From Halodesulfurarchaeum sp. (lineage in GTDB: Archaea > Halobacteriota > Halobacteria > Halobacteriales > Halobacteriaceae): a stretch of 64,000 nt of DNA. Of the stretch, positions 48,620 to 59,654 are shown piece by piece. Within the stretch, counting starts at the first letter, position 1. Each line of letters starts with the position of its first letter. Location of the stretch: assembly GCA_034520565.1 (NCBI GenBank), contig JAXHNL010000002.1:288001-352000 (forward strand), given 5' to 3'. A program made the position numbers and the translations under genes. Below the pieces are notes generated by a model, which saw only the letters and a list, made by a program, of their open reading frames with translations, was not told the DNA's origin and ran no database searches.

Positions 48620-50246
48620 CGACAGACAGAACACCGCCGACGGCGCCTCGCAGACGGAGCGCGGACGTCGGCTCGCAGGCAGCTCAAGGGCGCGGCTCTT
48701 CGAGGCGGTCGCTCGTCGGTGCGACGCTCGTCGGCATCGTCGCGTTGCTGGTGCTTTTCGGCTACATCGCCTTTGACGCGTTCAGACCACTGACCGCTTC
48801 GACGCGGTGGTATCTGCTCTACTTCGGCACGCTCGTGACGCCGACGGCTGCGTTCACGTGGTACGCTCGCCGCCATCCGGCGGTCCGAGCGGTGAACGCC
48901 AAATCCTTTGCCGTCGTGTTCGGGGTCCTGGCAGTGAGCCTCGTCGTGTACGTCGTGGCCGATGCCGTCAGCCCCTACGACGTGCTCATCTATCTCGTCT
49001 TCGGCACCGTGCCACCAATTCTCGTGTACGCGTACGCCCGTCTCACGGGCGAACGGACGTACTCGGGCCCGGCCATCCCGATATCGATCATCGTCGGACT
49101 CGCTGTTGCGGCCGGGCTCTACGGCGTCCTCAGACCGCTCGTGGGACTTCTCGCACAGTGGATCGCATACGTCGGAATCGTCACCCTCCCGGTGGCCGGA
49201 ATGCTCGGCGTGGCCGTCATGCGACGACTGTCCGCCCGGAGCGGGGTGTACGCCGCGGCGACCGTTCTCGGCACGACGCTCGTGCTCGTCGTGCGGTGTC
49301 GCTCGGATCGGGCTATGACCCCTCGGTTTGGGTCGTGCTGTTCTCGGCGTTCGTGGTTCCGGTCGGGTACGTCCTCGGGGAGACGGTTCGAACCGACACG
49401 GCCGGCCGGGTCGGCGTTCTTGGCCCGTTCGTCATCGTCGGCGGCGCAGTACTGGGTGCGAGCCTCGAGCGGTACCTCGGAATTCAGGGTCTGGAGGGGT
49501 ATCTGACGCCGACTCTTCTTTTGAACTCCTGGGACGGGTTGCACGCGAGTAACGCGGGCGTCTATCCCCAGATCGTCGGGTCGATCATCATCGTCGGAAC
49601 GATGGCCCTGCTGGCGTTCCCCGTCGGCATCGGCGCGGCCGTCTATCTCGAGGAGTACGCGCCCGTCTCGGGCTGGGGTGGACGGCTCGCGACGCTGCTC
49701 GAGGTCAACATCTCGAACCTCGCCGGCGTCCCCTCGGTCGTCTACGGGCTGCTCGGACTCGCGCTGTTCCGGAACACGCTGGGCTTCGGAACCGGGATCG
49801 TCGTCTCCGCGGCCGGGACGCTCGGCCTGCTCATCCTCCCGATCGTCGTCGTCTCCGCCCAGGAGGCGCTCCGGTCGGTTCCGGACTCGCTTCGAGCGGC
49901 CTCCTACGGGATGGGCGCGAGCCGCTGGCAGACGCTCCGAAACGTCGTCTTCCCGGAAGCCGTCCCGGGAATCCTCACCGGAACGATCCTCGCACTGGCC
50001 CGAGCGATCGGCGAGACGGCACCGCTCGTCATCATCGCGGTGGCGACGACGACGTACACGCCGCCCGCAGGACTGTTCTCGAGTGCGACGGCGCTTCCAC
50101 TCCAGATCTTCGCCGCCCGGAGCAACGTCGACACCGCGTTCAGACACGGCATCGTGCCGGCGACGGCCGTCGTCCTGCTGGCGCTGATGCTCCTGATGAA
50201 CGCGACCGCGATCGTCGTGCGAAACCGATACGACCGTGAACTATGA
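48616..50246 (+). pseudogene. pstA: Phosphate ABC transporter permease PstA (long form); frameshifted (possibly sequencing errors)
   Basis: AAVYLEEYA, NLAGVPSVVYGLLG, ARAIGETAPL; frame change at ~49290-49315. Confidence 0.85.
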
Positions 50247-51082
50247 GTGACCAAGCGAACACGATATCGATCGAAACGACCGCCGGAGACGCCGAGAGCA
50301 CCGCGACCGATCGGTCCGGTCCGGATTCCACGCGAACAGTCATCGAGTCCCGAAACCTGACTGTCTCCTACGGCAAGGAACAGGCGCTCAAGAGCGTCGA
50401 TCTCCGGATCCCGGCCAAGCAGGTCACGGCGATCATCGGCCCCTCCGGGTGTGGCAAGTCGACGTTCCTTCGGTGCGTCAATCGGATGAACGACCTCGTC
50501 GATGCCGCGACGATCGAGGGCGAACTCCGGTTCGACGGGATCGACATCTACGGCGACGACATCGACCCGGTCGCGCTCCGCCGACGGATCGGCATGGTGT
50601 TCCAGCATCCCAACCCCTTCCCCAAGAGCATCTACGACAACGTCGCCTACGGCCTGCGCGTCCAGGACGACACGGAAAAGCTGGACGAGCGGGTCGAACA
50701 AGCGCTCAAGCGGGCAGCCCTGTGGGAGGAAGTCAACGACCAGCTCGACAAGAGTGCCCTCGACCTCTCGGGCGGGCAACAACAGCGGCTGTGTATCGCC
50801 CGAGCGATCGCCGTCGACCCGGACGTCCTCCTGATGGACGAACCGGCCTCGGCGCTCGACCCGATCGCCACGGCGAAAATCGAGGACCTCATCGAGGAAC
50901 TCGCCGAGGACTACACGGTCATCATCGTCACGCACAACATGCAGCAGGCCGCCCGCATCTCCGAGAGGACAGCTGTTTTCCTCACTGGCGGTGAGCTTGC
51001 GGAGTACGACGACACGAAGACGATCTTCGAGGATCCACAGAACCAGCGCGTCGAGGACTACATCACCGGGAAATTCGGGTAA
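50243..51082 (+). CDS. pstB: Phosphate ABC transporter ATP-binding protein
   Basis: [47 protein letters not shown]. Confidence 0.97.
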   Translation: MSDQANTISIETTAGDAESTATDRSGPDSTRTVIESRNLTVSYGKEQALKSVDLRIPAKQVTAIIGPSGCGKSTFLRCVNRMNDLVDAATIEGELRFDGIDIYGDDIDPVALRRRIGMVFQHPNPFPKSIYDNVAYGLRVQDDTEKLDERVEQALKRAALWEEVNDQLDKSALDLSGGQQQRLCIARAIAVDPDVLLMDEPASALDPIATAKIEDLIEELAEDYTVIIVTHNMQQAARISERTAVFLTGGELAEYDDTKTIFEDPQNQRVEDYITGKFG

Positions 51083-51086
51083 CAAT

Positions 51087-51755
51087 ATGCCTCGAGAAAC
51101 CTTCCAGGAGGCCCTCGAAGAACTCCGCACGGACGTCCAGCAACTGGGTGAACTGGTGCTCGAGCGACTCGATCGGAGTCTTTCCGCCCTCGAAACCGCC
51201 GATCGAGCGACCGCAAAACGCGTCATCGAAGGCGACGAGGAGATCAATCGGCGGTATCTGGCACTGGAGTCCCGCTGCATCGATCTCTTTGCGCTCCAGC
51301 AACCGGTCGCGGGCGATCTCCGATTCGTCGCTGCCTCCTTCAAGATCCTGACCGACGTCGAGCGGATCGGCGATCTCGCGCGGAACTTGGCCCAGTACTC
51401 TCTGACCGCGGATCAAGAAACCATCTCGGACGTCGCCATCCCCGATATCGGGGCGGCGGCCCGGGACCTCGTCGCCGACGCACTCGATGCCTACGGGACG
51501 GAGGATACGGCGTTGTGCCACCAGGTTGCCGACCGCGACGACCAGATCGACGCGCTCTGTCACCGGGCGAGCGAACGCGTCGTTCGTGATCTCATCGAGC
51601 GCGAAGCGAGCCCGTGGAGCGTCGAACAGGTACTGGACGACGTCTCTATTGCCCTGCTGATTATCCGCGACCTCGAGCGGGTCGCCGACCACGGCGTCAA
51701 CATCGCCGCCAGGACCCTGTATCTCCTCGAAAACGACTCGGAGTTGCTCTACTGA
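51087..51755 (+). CDS. phoU: Phosphate signalling complex protein PhoU
   Basis: QQPVAGDLR, DVERIGD, DLERVADHGVNIA. Confidence 0.95.
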   Translation: MPRETFQEALEELRTDVQQLGELVLERLDRSLSALETADRATAKRVIEGDEEINRRYLALESRCIDLFALQQPVAGDLRFVAASFKILTDVERIGDLARNLAQYSLTADQETISDVAIPDIGAAARDLVADALDAYGTEDTALCHQVADRDDQIDALCHRASERVVRDLIEREASPWSVEQVLDDVSIALLIIRDLERVADHGVNIAARTLYLLENDSELLY

Positions 51756-51756
51756 C

Positions 51757-52848
51757 ATGGAAAAGAGAAAACTCCAGGAGGTCGGCGGCGGAACAATTAC
51801 CGTCTCGCTTCCCCACTCCTGGGCCGAGAAACACGACGTCTCGGCCGGAACTGAGGTCTTCGTCCGATCCCATCTCGATGGCTCGCTGGAACTTTGGGTA
51901 ACCGAGCCGACGGTCGGGGCCTTCGGGACACTCACGCTCGAGGGAAAGGATGCTGGGACGGCCACAGACGTGGTTCGTGCTGCCTTCGAGGCGGGCTATG
52001 AGCGGGTCGTGCTGAACGATCCCGATTCACGGGGTGAAATCGAACGCGGGGAACTTGACACCGTGATTCGAGAGCTGGCGGGAGTCGAGATCACCGAGGA
52101 ACCCGATGGGAAAATCGTCATCGAAGAGGTCCTCGACGCGACAAAAGTATCGATCCCGCAATCGCTCCGTCACATCCATTACGGCCTCTCCCGGTTGCAG
52201 AAACGAACCCACGAGATGTTCGAAAACCGTTCGAGGGGTATCGAACCGATGATCGACCGCAACGGTGAGATTCGCCGGGGGGTGAGACGAATCGAGCGGC
52301 ACTTCACGCGGGCCCTCCGCGACCCAGCAGAGATGGATGCCCTCGGAGAGCCCCGATACCGGTTGTACCACTATACCCGTATCGCACAGCTTTTTGAGCG
52401 GGCAGCACAGCAGCTCCTCGAGCTGGCGAGGATTCAGGCACACTCCGACGGACAGGGTACCGAAACGCGAGCCCTAACGGAACTCTTTATGCAGGCAAGC
52501 CGAACGCTCGAGAACGGTTCGAAAGCCGCCTTACGGGAAAATTCCGTCGACGAGGCGCGGTCGGCGCTGAGCCGACGGTCGGAGCTACACGAGCTGGCAT
52601 CGGGTCGTCGATCGGCCCTGATCGATGCGGGAAACACGGATCTCCGAACGTTTTCCACACTCGATCATATTGCGGCCATCGGGAACTGTGGTGGCCGAAT
52701 AGCCGAGATTTCGTTACAAATGGCCATCGGTACAACGAACGAGACGGACGGTTCCCCGGAACGGAAACCCAATCTGGATTTGCATGACCTCGAAACGGGC
52801 GTCCATTCGAAAGAATTGGCATCAGAAAGTGCTGGAGAAGACGAGTAA
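51757..52848 (+). CDS. AbrB-PhoU fusion phosphate uptake regulator
   Basis: MEKRKLQEVGGGTITVSLPHSWA AbrB N-terminus followed by degenerate PhoU repeats. Confidence 0.85.
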   Translation: MEKRKLQEVGGGTITVSLPHSWAEKHDVSAGTEVFVRSHLDGSLELWVTEPTVGAFGTLTLEGKDAGTATDVVRAAFEAGYERVVLNDPDSRGEIERGELDTVIRELAGVEITEEPDGKIVIEEVLDATKVSIPQSLRHIHYGLSRLQKRTHEMFENRSRGIEPMIDRNGEIRRGVRRIERHFTRALRDPAEMDALGEPRYRLYHYTRIAQLFERAAQQLLELARIQAHSDGQGTETRALTELFMQASRTLENGSKAALRENSVDEARSALSRRSELHELASGRRSALIDAGNTDLRTFSTLDHIAAIGNCGGRIAEISLQMAIGTTNETDGSPERKPNLDLHDLETGVHSKELASESAGEDE

Positions 52849-52851
52849 CCC

Positions 52852-53277
52852 ATGACAGAAACGACCGTCGCCTTCGTCTGCGTACGGAACGCCGGCCGTT
52901 CCCAGATGGCCTATCGCTTCGCAAAGCGGGAGATCGCTCGTCGTGACCTCGAGGACGAGATCGAACTCCTGACCGGCGGCACCCGCCCGGCCGAGCAGGT
53001 CCACCAGGAGGTCACCGAAGCGATGGCAGCCATCGGCTCCGAACTGGGAGACCGCACACCACGGGAGATCACCTTCGAGGAGACCCGGGACAGCGACTAC
53101 GTTATCACGATGGGTTGTTCGGCCGATGACGTCTGTCCGGCGGGTTGGGGCGGGGAGAACCGCGACTGGGCCCTCGAGGATCCGCACGGAAACGATGCTG
53201 AAACCGTCGCCGCAATCAGAGACGAGATCGAGTCGCTGGTGACGGCCTTCTTCGACGAGATCGAACCGAGGCGCTGA
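52852..53277 (+). CDS. arsC: Low-molecular-weight phosphatase family arsenate reductase-like protein
   Basis: P-loop FVCVRNAGRSQMA, ITMGC...VCP, WALEDP. Confidence 0.82.
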   Translation: MTETTVAFVCVRNAGRSQMAYRFAKREIARRDLEDEIELLTGGTRPAEQVHQEVTEAMAAIGSELGDRTPREITFEETRDSDYVITMGCSADDVCPAGWGGENRDWALEDPHGNDAETVAAIRDEIESLVTAFFDEIEPRR

Positions 53278-53295
53278 AAAACTCCTCGAGGGTAA

Positions 53296-54258
53296 CTACG
53301 AGTCCGGCGACCCGCCCCGGGAGCGAATCAAATCGCGGAATTCGTCGGAGTCCTCGACGTCGTCGGCTTCCTCGCGCTCGATGATGGCCGTCCCCTCGAT
53401 CGATTCGGACTGGGCCTCGTCCACGAAGTAGACCGAGCGGGTGTGAATGACCTCCCGGAGCGAGCCCATGATCCGGGCGCGCTTGATCGCCGCGTCGGTA
53501 AACGCGGAATGGCCGGTGATGAGCGGCTCGCCGCCGCTCGTCTCCTCGCTGACCGCCTTGAACGGGGCCCGCACCGTCGGATGGACCTCGAACCCGACTC
53601 GGGTGAGCATCGCGACGATCGGGCGGTCCGCCGGATCGGCGTCGGGATCCTCGGGGGTCGGTTCGGCTTCGTGGACGTCCTCGGCGCCGTCGAGGACCGA
53701 CACCGGACTGGTGAGGTCCTGATCGAAGAGTTCGTCGAGATGAGCGGCGACCTCGACGCTGGCGTTCATGCCGTCCTCGTACTTCGAGACCGTTCGCCGG
53801 GAAACACCCAGTTCCGAGGCGAGCCGCCCCAGGCTCCAGCCCCGCTCCTCGCGCTCGTCCGCGAGCACGTCGCCGTCGATGTTGACGTAGAGCCCGCCCG
53901 GGGCGGCGTAAATCAGGGGCGGCACGCCGTGGACGAACAGGTCCATCGCGGTGTCCGGGTTGAGCACCGGGACGCCGTGTCTGAAGTAGACGACGCCGGG
54001 GTCGAGGTCCTCGTCGCGGGTCCGGAGCCCGATGACCACCGGGGTTCCACGGAGGTAGGTGCCGAGCCGGCGCATCTCCCGCCCCGTCGGCCCGTCGAAG
54101 GCGTCGATGTTGCCCAGGATCTTCACGAGGAGGAGGTCCTGGTCCCGCCTGGCGGCCAGATCGAAGCTCTTCGGGCGGGTCGAACACCGGTCGCTCACCG
54201 CAAAGCCCGCGTCGGATAGCATCGCGGTGATGTTGTCGATGAGCGCCGATCGTGACAT
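53296..54258 (-). CDS. Conserved archaeal Xre/HTH transcriptional regulator
   Basis: [44 protein letters not shown]. Confidence 0.9.
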   Translation of the reverse strand: MSRSALIDNITAMLSDAGFAVSDRCSTRPKSFDLAARRDQDLLLVKILGNIDAFDGPTGREMRRLGTYLRGTPVVIGLRTRDEDLDPGVVYFRHGVPVLNPDTAMDLFVHGVPPLIYAAPGGLYVNIDGDVLADEREERGWSLGRLASELGVSRRTVSKYEDGMNASVEVAAHLDELFDQDLTSPVSVLDGAEDVHEAEPTPEDPDADPADRPIVAMLTRVGFEVHPTVRAPFKAVSEETSGGEPLITGHSAFTDAAIKRARIMGSLREVIHTRSVYFVDEAQSESIEGTAIIEREEADDVEDSDEFRDLIRSRGGSPDS

Positions 54259-54390
54259 TACGGGACCGTAGGGTACTCCGGCCCTATATACGTTGTGGGC
54301 GGTAGCCGGCGTTTGCGGGCGGTTTGGCGGGTGGACCGCAAACAAGCAAGTCGCGGGCCGCTTAAGGGGACCGGCCACCAACCGCCTGCC

Positions 54391-55650
54391 GTGACCGTCC
54401 TCGCGCTCGACGACACGGACTCCCGCGAGAAGGGAATGTGCACGACTTACGTCACGACCCGGGTCGCCGAGGCGCTCCGCCGGGGAGGGGCCCACATCGA
54501 GCGGCTCCGGTTGCTGCGGCTCAACCCGGCGGTGGAGTACAAGACGCGGGGGAACGCCGCACTCGCGATCCACACCGACGCGGCTCCCGAGACCGCCGTC
54601 GAGGTGGCCAAGGGAGTCGTGACGTCCCTGGCAGTCCTCGAAGACGAGCGGACCAATCCGGGGATCGTCGCCGCCCCGGAACCGATCGAGCCGGCGGTGA
54701 AGACCTTCGGAAAACGGGCGATCCGGGAGATCCTCGACCGCGAGCGAGCCACGGCGCTGATCGACGCGGCAGGGTACCCGAGTGCCGGCTGGAAGGACGA
54801 GCGGGGGAAGATCGGCGCGCTGGCGGCTATCGGAGCCAGCGCGACCCTCACCGAGTGGACCTACGAGTACATCGCCTACCGGGAGCCGACCCGATGGGGG
54901 ACTCCCCGCGACGTCGATCACGAGTCGGTCTTTACCGCCGCCGAGGCGGGCTATCCGACAGTCTGGGATACCGTCGACCGGGGCGAAGACGAGGCGGTTT
55001 GTGTGCCGAACGCCCCCGGTCCGATCCTGTATGGAATCAGAGGGGATGACCCCCACGCGGTCGCCCGTGTCGCTGCCGGGATCGAGTCGGAGCCGGTCCA
55101 CGCGCAGGCGCTCTTCGAGACGAACCAGGGGACCGACGTGCACCTTCGTGACGCGGCGGTGGCAGACGTGCAGGACGGGCGAGCCTACCGGGTAACCGGT
55201 CGGGTGATCGAAGCCCCCGAAACCGGGACCGGTGGCCACGTCTTCGTGACGATCGCGGATGAAACGGGGCGGCTCCCGTGTGTCGCCTTCGAGCCGACCA
55301 AGCGGTTCCGCGACCGCGTCCGGGCACTCCGGGTCGGCGACCGGGTCACCGTCGCGGGAGAAGTCGGGGACGGGACGCTCAAACTCGAGAAGTTCGCCGT
55401 TCGGGATTTGATCGAGGCGGAAACCGTGACGCCGACGTGTCCGTCCTGCGGCCGCCGGATGAAGAGTGCCGGCGCCGGGCAGGGCTACCGGTGTCGGGAC
55501 TGTGGCACCGCGGCAGCGGGGAAGGCACTCGCCGATCTCGACCGCACCCTCGAACCGGGCTGGTACGAGGTCCCGCCGTGTGCCCGCCGCCACATCGCCA
55601 AGCCGCTCGTTCGAGGCGGGTTTGACGCGCCGGTGCATCCCGAGCGGTAA
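54391..55650 (+). CDS. tiaS: tRNA(Ile2) 2-agmatinylcytidine synthetase
   Basis: [34 protein letters not shown] fold, Zn ribbon, RRHIAKP. Confidence 0.96.
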   Translation: MTVLALDDTDSREKGMCTTYVTTRVAEALRRGGAHIERLRLLRLNPAVEYKTRGNAALAIHTDAAPETAVEVAKGVVTSLAVLEDERTNPGIVAAPEPIEPAVKTFGKRAIREILDRERATALIDAAGYPSAGWKDERGKIGALAAIGASATLTEWTYEYIAYREPTRWGTPRDVDHESVFTAAEAGYPTVWDTVDRGEDEAVCVPNAPGPILYGIRGDDPHAVARVAAGIESEPVHAQALFETNQGTDVHLRDAAVADVQDGRAYRVTGRVIEAPETGTGGHVFVTIADETGRLPCVAFEPTKRFRDRVRALRVGDRVTVAGEVGDGTLKLEKFAVRDLIEAETVTPTCPSCGRRMKSAGAGQGYRCRDCGTAAAGKALADLDRTLEPGWYEVPPCARRHIAKPLVRGGFDAPVHPER

Positions 55651-55677
55651 GCCGGTGTCCCGAGCGGTAAGCCGGTG
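55638..55677 (+). repeat. Perfect 20-bp tandem duplication spanning the tiaS stop codon
   Basis: tcccgagcggtaagccggtg x2. Confidence 0.92.
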
Positions 55678-55891
55678 TTTCTCAAGCGATGATTTCTGGG
55701 CTCCGAAACGTCCGGAAACTGTCAATTTGACGGGTACTTGAATGGCGTCGGACGCGTGGCGGACGAACCCGCCAGCCCAGCGTCCGTCAGCGTTTCACAG
55801 GGGCTGAGAAACGCCGGCGTCCTTCCTCGAAACCCCTTTATGTGATGATAAACCGTGCACTTACAAACCGTTCCGCCTCGTAGGGTGTGGT

Positions 55892-56077
55892 ATGTCCCGT
55901 CATTCCGGTACGTATGAGGGGGACAGCGAGCGCGGGGACCTCGCCCACCGGATCGAGGATTACGCGGGCGGCGCGGAGTGTACACTCTACCCCATGAGCT
56001 GTGACGAGGACGCCCTCATGACCCGCTGGCTGACGGCCGAAGAGGGAGCGTTCGTCGACCTCGCCGACATGCGATAG
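55892..56077 (+). CDS. Small conserved haloarchaeal protein (DUF7511-like)
   Basis: ECTLYP...LMTRWLTAEEGAFVDLADMR pattern; acidic. Confidence 0.72.
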   Translation: MSRHSGTYEGDSERGDLAHRIEDYAGGAECTLYPMSCDEDALMTRWLTAEEGAFVDLADMR

Positions 56078-56091
56078 CCGCCGATCGGCAG

Positions 56092-57189
56092 CTAGTTTTC
56101 GTCGGCCCCGGTTTTCAGCCCGCTCCCGGTGAGCGGAACCACGACGTCGGCAGCGGGATCCAGGCCACGCTTTCGGTACGCCTCGAGTCCAGCGACCGCG
56201 ACGGCACTCGTCGGTTCGACGTGAAATCCGGCCCGGTGGAGCTCGTGCCACGCAGCGCGAGTGGCCGCCTCGTCGACCGCGATGACGGTCCCCCCGGTCT
56301 CCTGAACCGCCCGCCTGATCTCCCGTTCCCTGACCGGATCGGCGATCTGGATGCCGTCGGCGAGGTCGTTCCGGACGGCCTCGGGCCGCTCTTCGCCCAG
56401 GGACGACGCGATCGGTGCCACACCCGTGGCTTGCACGCCCAGGAGGCGTGGGATGGCATCCGTCCAGCCGGCCGCCTCCAGGGCCGAAAAGCCCCTGTAG
56501 AGGCCGAGGAAGAGCGTCCCGTGCCCGACCGGGACGACGAGTGCATCCGGCACCTCGAAGCTCCGCTGGACGACGATCTCGTAAGCGGCCGTCGCCGTAC
56601 CGGCGAAGAAGGCGGGATTCCAGGCGTGACTGGCGTACCAGCCCGACCCCGCTTCGACCGCCTCCCGGGCTGCCTCGCTCACGTCCGAGCGACTTCCCGG
56701 TACCTCGACGACGTCCGCCCCGGTGCCAGCGATGGCCGCCCGCTTTGCGAGTTTGACCCCCTCCGGGACGTAAATCTCGGCCGAGATCCCCGCACGGGCC
56801 GCGTACAGCGCGATGGCCGCACCGGCGTTGCCCGAGGAGTCCTCGATCACACAGTCGACGCCGAGGGTCGCTGCACGAGAGAGCGTGGTCGTCGCACCGC
56901 GGTCCTTGAAACTCCCGGAGGGAAAGACGTATTCGAGTTTGAACGAGGCGTTCCATGACGGTGCCTCCACGAGCGGCGTGAACCCCTCACCGAGTGTGAC
57001 CTGCCGCTCGACCGGAAGGAGCGAGTCGAAGGCCCAGAGTCCCCGGTCCCGGTCGAACCGGTCGGGCGGGTCACCGGGCTCGGGAGTGGCGTCGAGTTCC
57101 AGGGGAGCGCCGCAGACACACCGCCACGGTTCCCCGGAGTCGGCTGCGTAAGTTTGGCCGCAGTCGGGACAGACGAGTCCCGGCGGCAT
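56092..57189 (-). CDS. thrC: PLP-dependent threonine synthase-like protein
   Basis: N-terminal Zn ribbon; LGEGFTPL, PSGSFKDRG, DSSGNAG, VEPTSA, PLTGSGLK. Confidence 0.85.
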   Translation of the reverse strand: MPPGLVCPDCGQTYAADSGEPWRCVCGAPLELDATPEPGDPPDRFDRDRGLWAFDSLLPVERQVTLGEGFTPLVEAPSWNASFKLEYVFPSGSFKDRGATTTLSRAATLGVDCVIEDSSGNAGAAIALYAARAGISAEIYVPEGVKLAKRAAIAGTGADVVEVPGSRSDVSEAAREAVEAGSGWYASHAWNPAFFAGTATAAYEIVVQRSFEVPDALVVPVGHGTLFLGLYRGFSALEAAGWTDAIPRLLGVQATGVAPIASSLGEERPEAVRNDLADGIQIADPVREREIRRAVQETGGTVIAVDEAATRAAWHELHRAGFHVEPTSAVAVAGLEAYRKRGLDPAADVVVPLTGSGLKTGADEN

Positions 57190-58142
57190 CAGTCCTCGAT
57201 CCCCGTTCCAACCGAGCACACGTATTCCCCGGTCGCGGCCTGTGGAAGTCGCCGTGCCCGCCAGAAGATCCCCCCGGTATCGGCCTCCACCCGGGTCTTC
57301 TCGTTCCCGAAGGGGTCGAGCACGACGAACAGTGGCTCGCCGATCTCGACCCGGTCGCCCAGGGACTGTTCGAGCCGAACCAGGCCCCCGACCGGCGACC
57401 CGTATCGGTCGAAGCCGGTGGCCCGGATCTGATCGACCGGGGCCGCGTCGCCCTCGAGGAAGCCGTAGTACTTGAGCACCCGGTTCACGCCCCGAACCCC
57501 CACCTCGATACTTTCCCGGTCCCAGCCGACGGTCCCTCCGAGTTCCGGGTCGATCGTCGGGACGCCGGCGTCCGGGCCGACTCTGGCGAGTTGGCCGTCC
57601 GGGCCCTGCTGGTCGAGGACGTGCCCGGCGTCGAAGACCCGGGCGAGTTCGAGACACTCGTCGTGGAGTCGGTGATGCTGTCCGCACCGGACCCGTGTCT
57701 CGTTTATCATCCGACTCGTCGAGCCCTGGTGAAGGTCGATGACGAGGTCGGCCTCGCGTGCGGGCTGGAACGTCGCGGCGGCGATGCGATCGGAGGAACT
57801 TCCCTCCGGGTCGCCGGGGTAAGCCCGGTTCAGTTTCGTGTCGTCGATCGGATTGCGATGCTCGGCCACCCGGAACCCGTGGATGTTCGCGATGGCGACC
57901 ACCGTGATCGTCCCCGAGATCGCGTCCGGATCGAGCGAGGGAAGCAATCGGGTGAGCACGCCGAGCCCGTTGAGTTCGTCCCCGTCGCTCACGGCCTGAA
58001 GGTGTAGGGTCCGTCCCTCCTCGGCCCCATTGACGACGGCGACCGGAAGTCCCAACGTCGAGCCGTCGCGGGCCTCGCCCACGTCGAGTTCGCCGGTCGC
58101 GATCTCCCCCGGCGCCGCCTCCGCCGTACCCAGCGAATGCAT
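57189..58142 (-). CDS. Succinylglutamate desuccinylase/aspartoacylase family protein
   Basis: SDGDELNG, LNRAYPGD, IDLHQG, PELGG. Confidence 0.88.
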   Translation of the reverse strand: MHSLGTAEAAPGEIATGELDVGEARDGSTLGLPVAVVNGAEEGRTLHLQAVSDGDELNGLGVLTRLLPSLDPDAISGTITVVAIANIHGFRVAEHRNPIDDTKLNRAYPGDPEGSSSDRIAAATFQPAREADLVIDLHQGSTSRMINETRVRCGQHHRLHDECLELARVFDAGHVLDQQGPDGQLARVGPDAGVPTIDPELGGTVGWDRESIEVGVRGVNRVLKYYGFLEGDAAPVDQIRATGFDRYGSPVGGLVRLEQSLGDRVEIGEPLFVVLDPFGNEKTRVEADTGGIFWRARRLPQAATGEYVCSVGTGIED

Positions 58143-58238
58143 TGTCAAAAGTGGCGTCCGCGGGGCCCTTGTACGGTTCGGTCCGGGAAAAGCGGACTCG
58201 ATTGTCGGGTCAGTTCGACCCGAAAACGCCGGCCCCGG

Positions 58239-59441
58239 TTATCGATCCGGTTCAGTCGCGAGGGTCTCGAGGATGTCGGCGCCGCTCCGGGTTCCGTTTG
58301 CCAGTAACACGTCTCCCGCGCGAAGTTCGGTCTTCGGGCCCGGCTGGACTTCCCATTCGTCGCCACCCTCAACCGGTCGGCGGACGGCGATCACGCGCAT
58401 TCCCGTCTCGGTTTTGACCGCCCGCTCCCCGAGGGTGGTGCCATCGAGGGCGCTCCCCGCTTTCACGGTCACCCGCGAGATGACCTCGTCCGATTCCTCG
58501 ACGGCCTCCTGAACCACGACGTGGGAGGTCAGGCCCCGGAGGACGCCTTCGCTGATCTCCAGTGCAGCGTCGCTGATGACTTCCGTGCTCTGGGCGATGT
58601 GGACCAGTCCTCGCAGGGAGACCGGGTCGCTCGACCGGCCGGCGGCCCGGAGGATCCAGGCTTCAAAGCGGGACTTCAGAGCGTCGACCTCGGCCTCGAG
58701 TTCGACGACCTCCTCGGCCAGCTGGTCGCTGTCGTAGAGCACGCTCCCGTAGGCGAGGTCGACCGCCAGTTCGCTCATGTTCTTCATGAGCACGAGCGAG
58801 GAGACCGCCCTGTCGAGGTCCGCGTCCTCGACCTCCGGAATCGACGGGGGCGAGAACGCCTCGCCGCTGGCCCGTTCGTACACCGCGGAAATCCCCGACT
58901 CCGGCCCGCGCAACAGGAGCACGTCCCCCGATTCGAGGGTCGTCTCCGCCTGGGGGTTAAGCACCCAATCCCCGCCGCGGCGGATGGCGATCACCCGGAC
59001 CCCGGTCTCGGTCTCGAGGTTGATGTCGACGAGCGTCCGAGCGGCGTAGGGCGAGTCCGGCTCGACGGTGGCGCGGACGAGGGTCTCGATGGCCACCGGG
59101 AGGGAGGCCCGCATGTCCGCCGGGAGCCCGATGTCATCGAGGACCACTTTCGCAATGTCGCCCGCGGCGTCGCTCACCTTCTCGGCGGCGCCGATGATGC
59201 CCAGCACCGGCGCGAGCGACTCCGCGTCTTCAGGGTTCCGCGCGGCCATCAGGAGGCTCATTCGCGCCCGGATCTGGAGGACGTCCATGCGCTCTTCGAG
59301 TGCCAGCACCTCCTCCGCGATGGCGTCGCTCCCGTGCAGGACCGCCGAGTAGGAGAGGTCGATGAGGAGTTCGGCCGTGTCTTTCATCTCCGCGAGGAGG
59401 TCTTTCACGCTCGCGGGTTCGTAGGCAACACGCCCGGCCAT
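58239..59441 (-). CDS. PhoU/TrkA-C duplicated-domain protein (potassium channel family annotation)
   Basis: Two repeats of MKD/N.(A/S)EL.(I/V)DL.Y and ETG(V/M)RVIA.RR. Confidence 0.85.
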   Translation of the reverse strand: MAGRVAYEPASVKDLLAEMKDTAELLIDLSYSAVLHGSDAIAEEVLALEERMDVLQIRARMSLLMAARNPEDAESLAPVLGIIGAAEKVSDAAGDIAKVVLDDIGLPADMRASLPVAIETLVRATVEPDSPYAARTLVDINLETETGVRVIAIRRGGDWVLNPQAETTLESGDVLLLRGPESGISAVYERASGEAFSPPSIPEVEDADLDRAVSSLVLMKNMSELAVDLAYGSVLYDSDQLAEEVVELEAEVDALKSRFEAWILRAAGRSSDPVSLRGLVHIAQSTEVISDAALEISEGVLRGLTSHVVVQEAVEESDEVISRVTVKAGSALDGTTLGERAVKTETGMRVIAVRRPVEGGDEWEVQPGPKTELRAGDVLLANGTRSGADILETLATEPDR

Positions 59442-59654
59442 GCTCCGACGTTGGTGCCACCCCTCAAAAAGGGTAGGGGACGGGCAGCGTCGATCGACGG
59501 GGCAGTGACGGCGGCAATATTTATCAGCCGTATTGACAACTGTTCCAAAATCCCGTCTGAGAGCGCGTCTTTCGAACGTTTGTGTGCGGGGCGACGATCC
59601 CATCACGAAAGATATACCCCGACCTATCCCATATCGCGGAAGGTAACGCCATCC

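Noticed and set aside
47390-49320. Programmed ribosomal frameshifting in pst genes
   Set aside because: Too many shifts, no slippery heptamers, and three genes affected; indel errors explain it better.
55842-55848. GTGATGA resembling a C box of a C/D guide RNA
   Set aside because: No suitably spaced downstream CTGA D box; it lies in the probable promoter of the small ORF at 55892.
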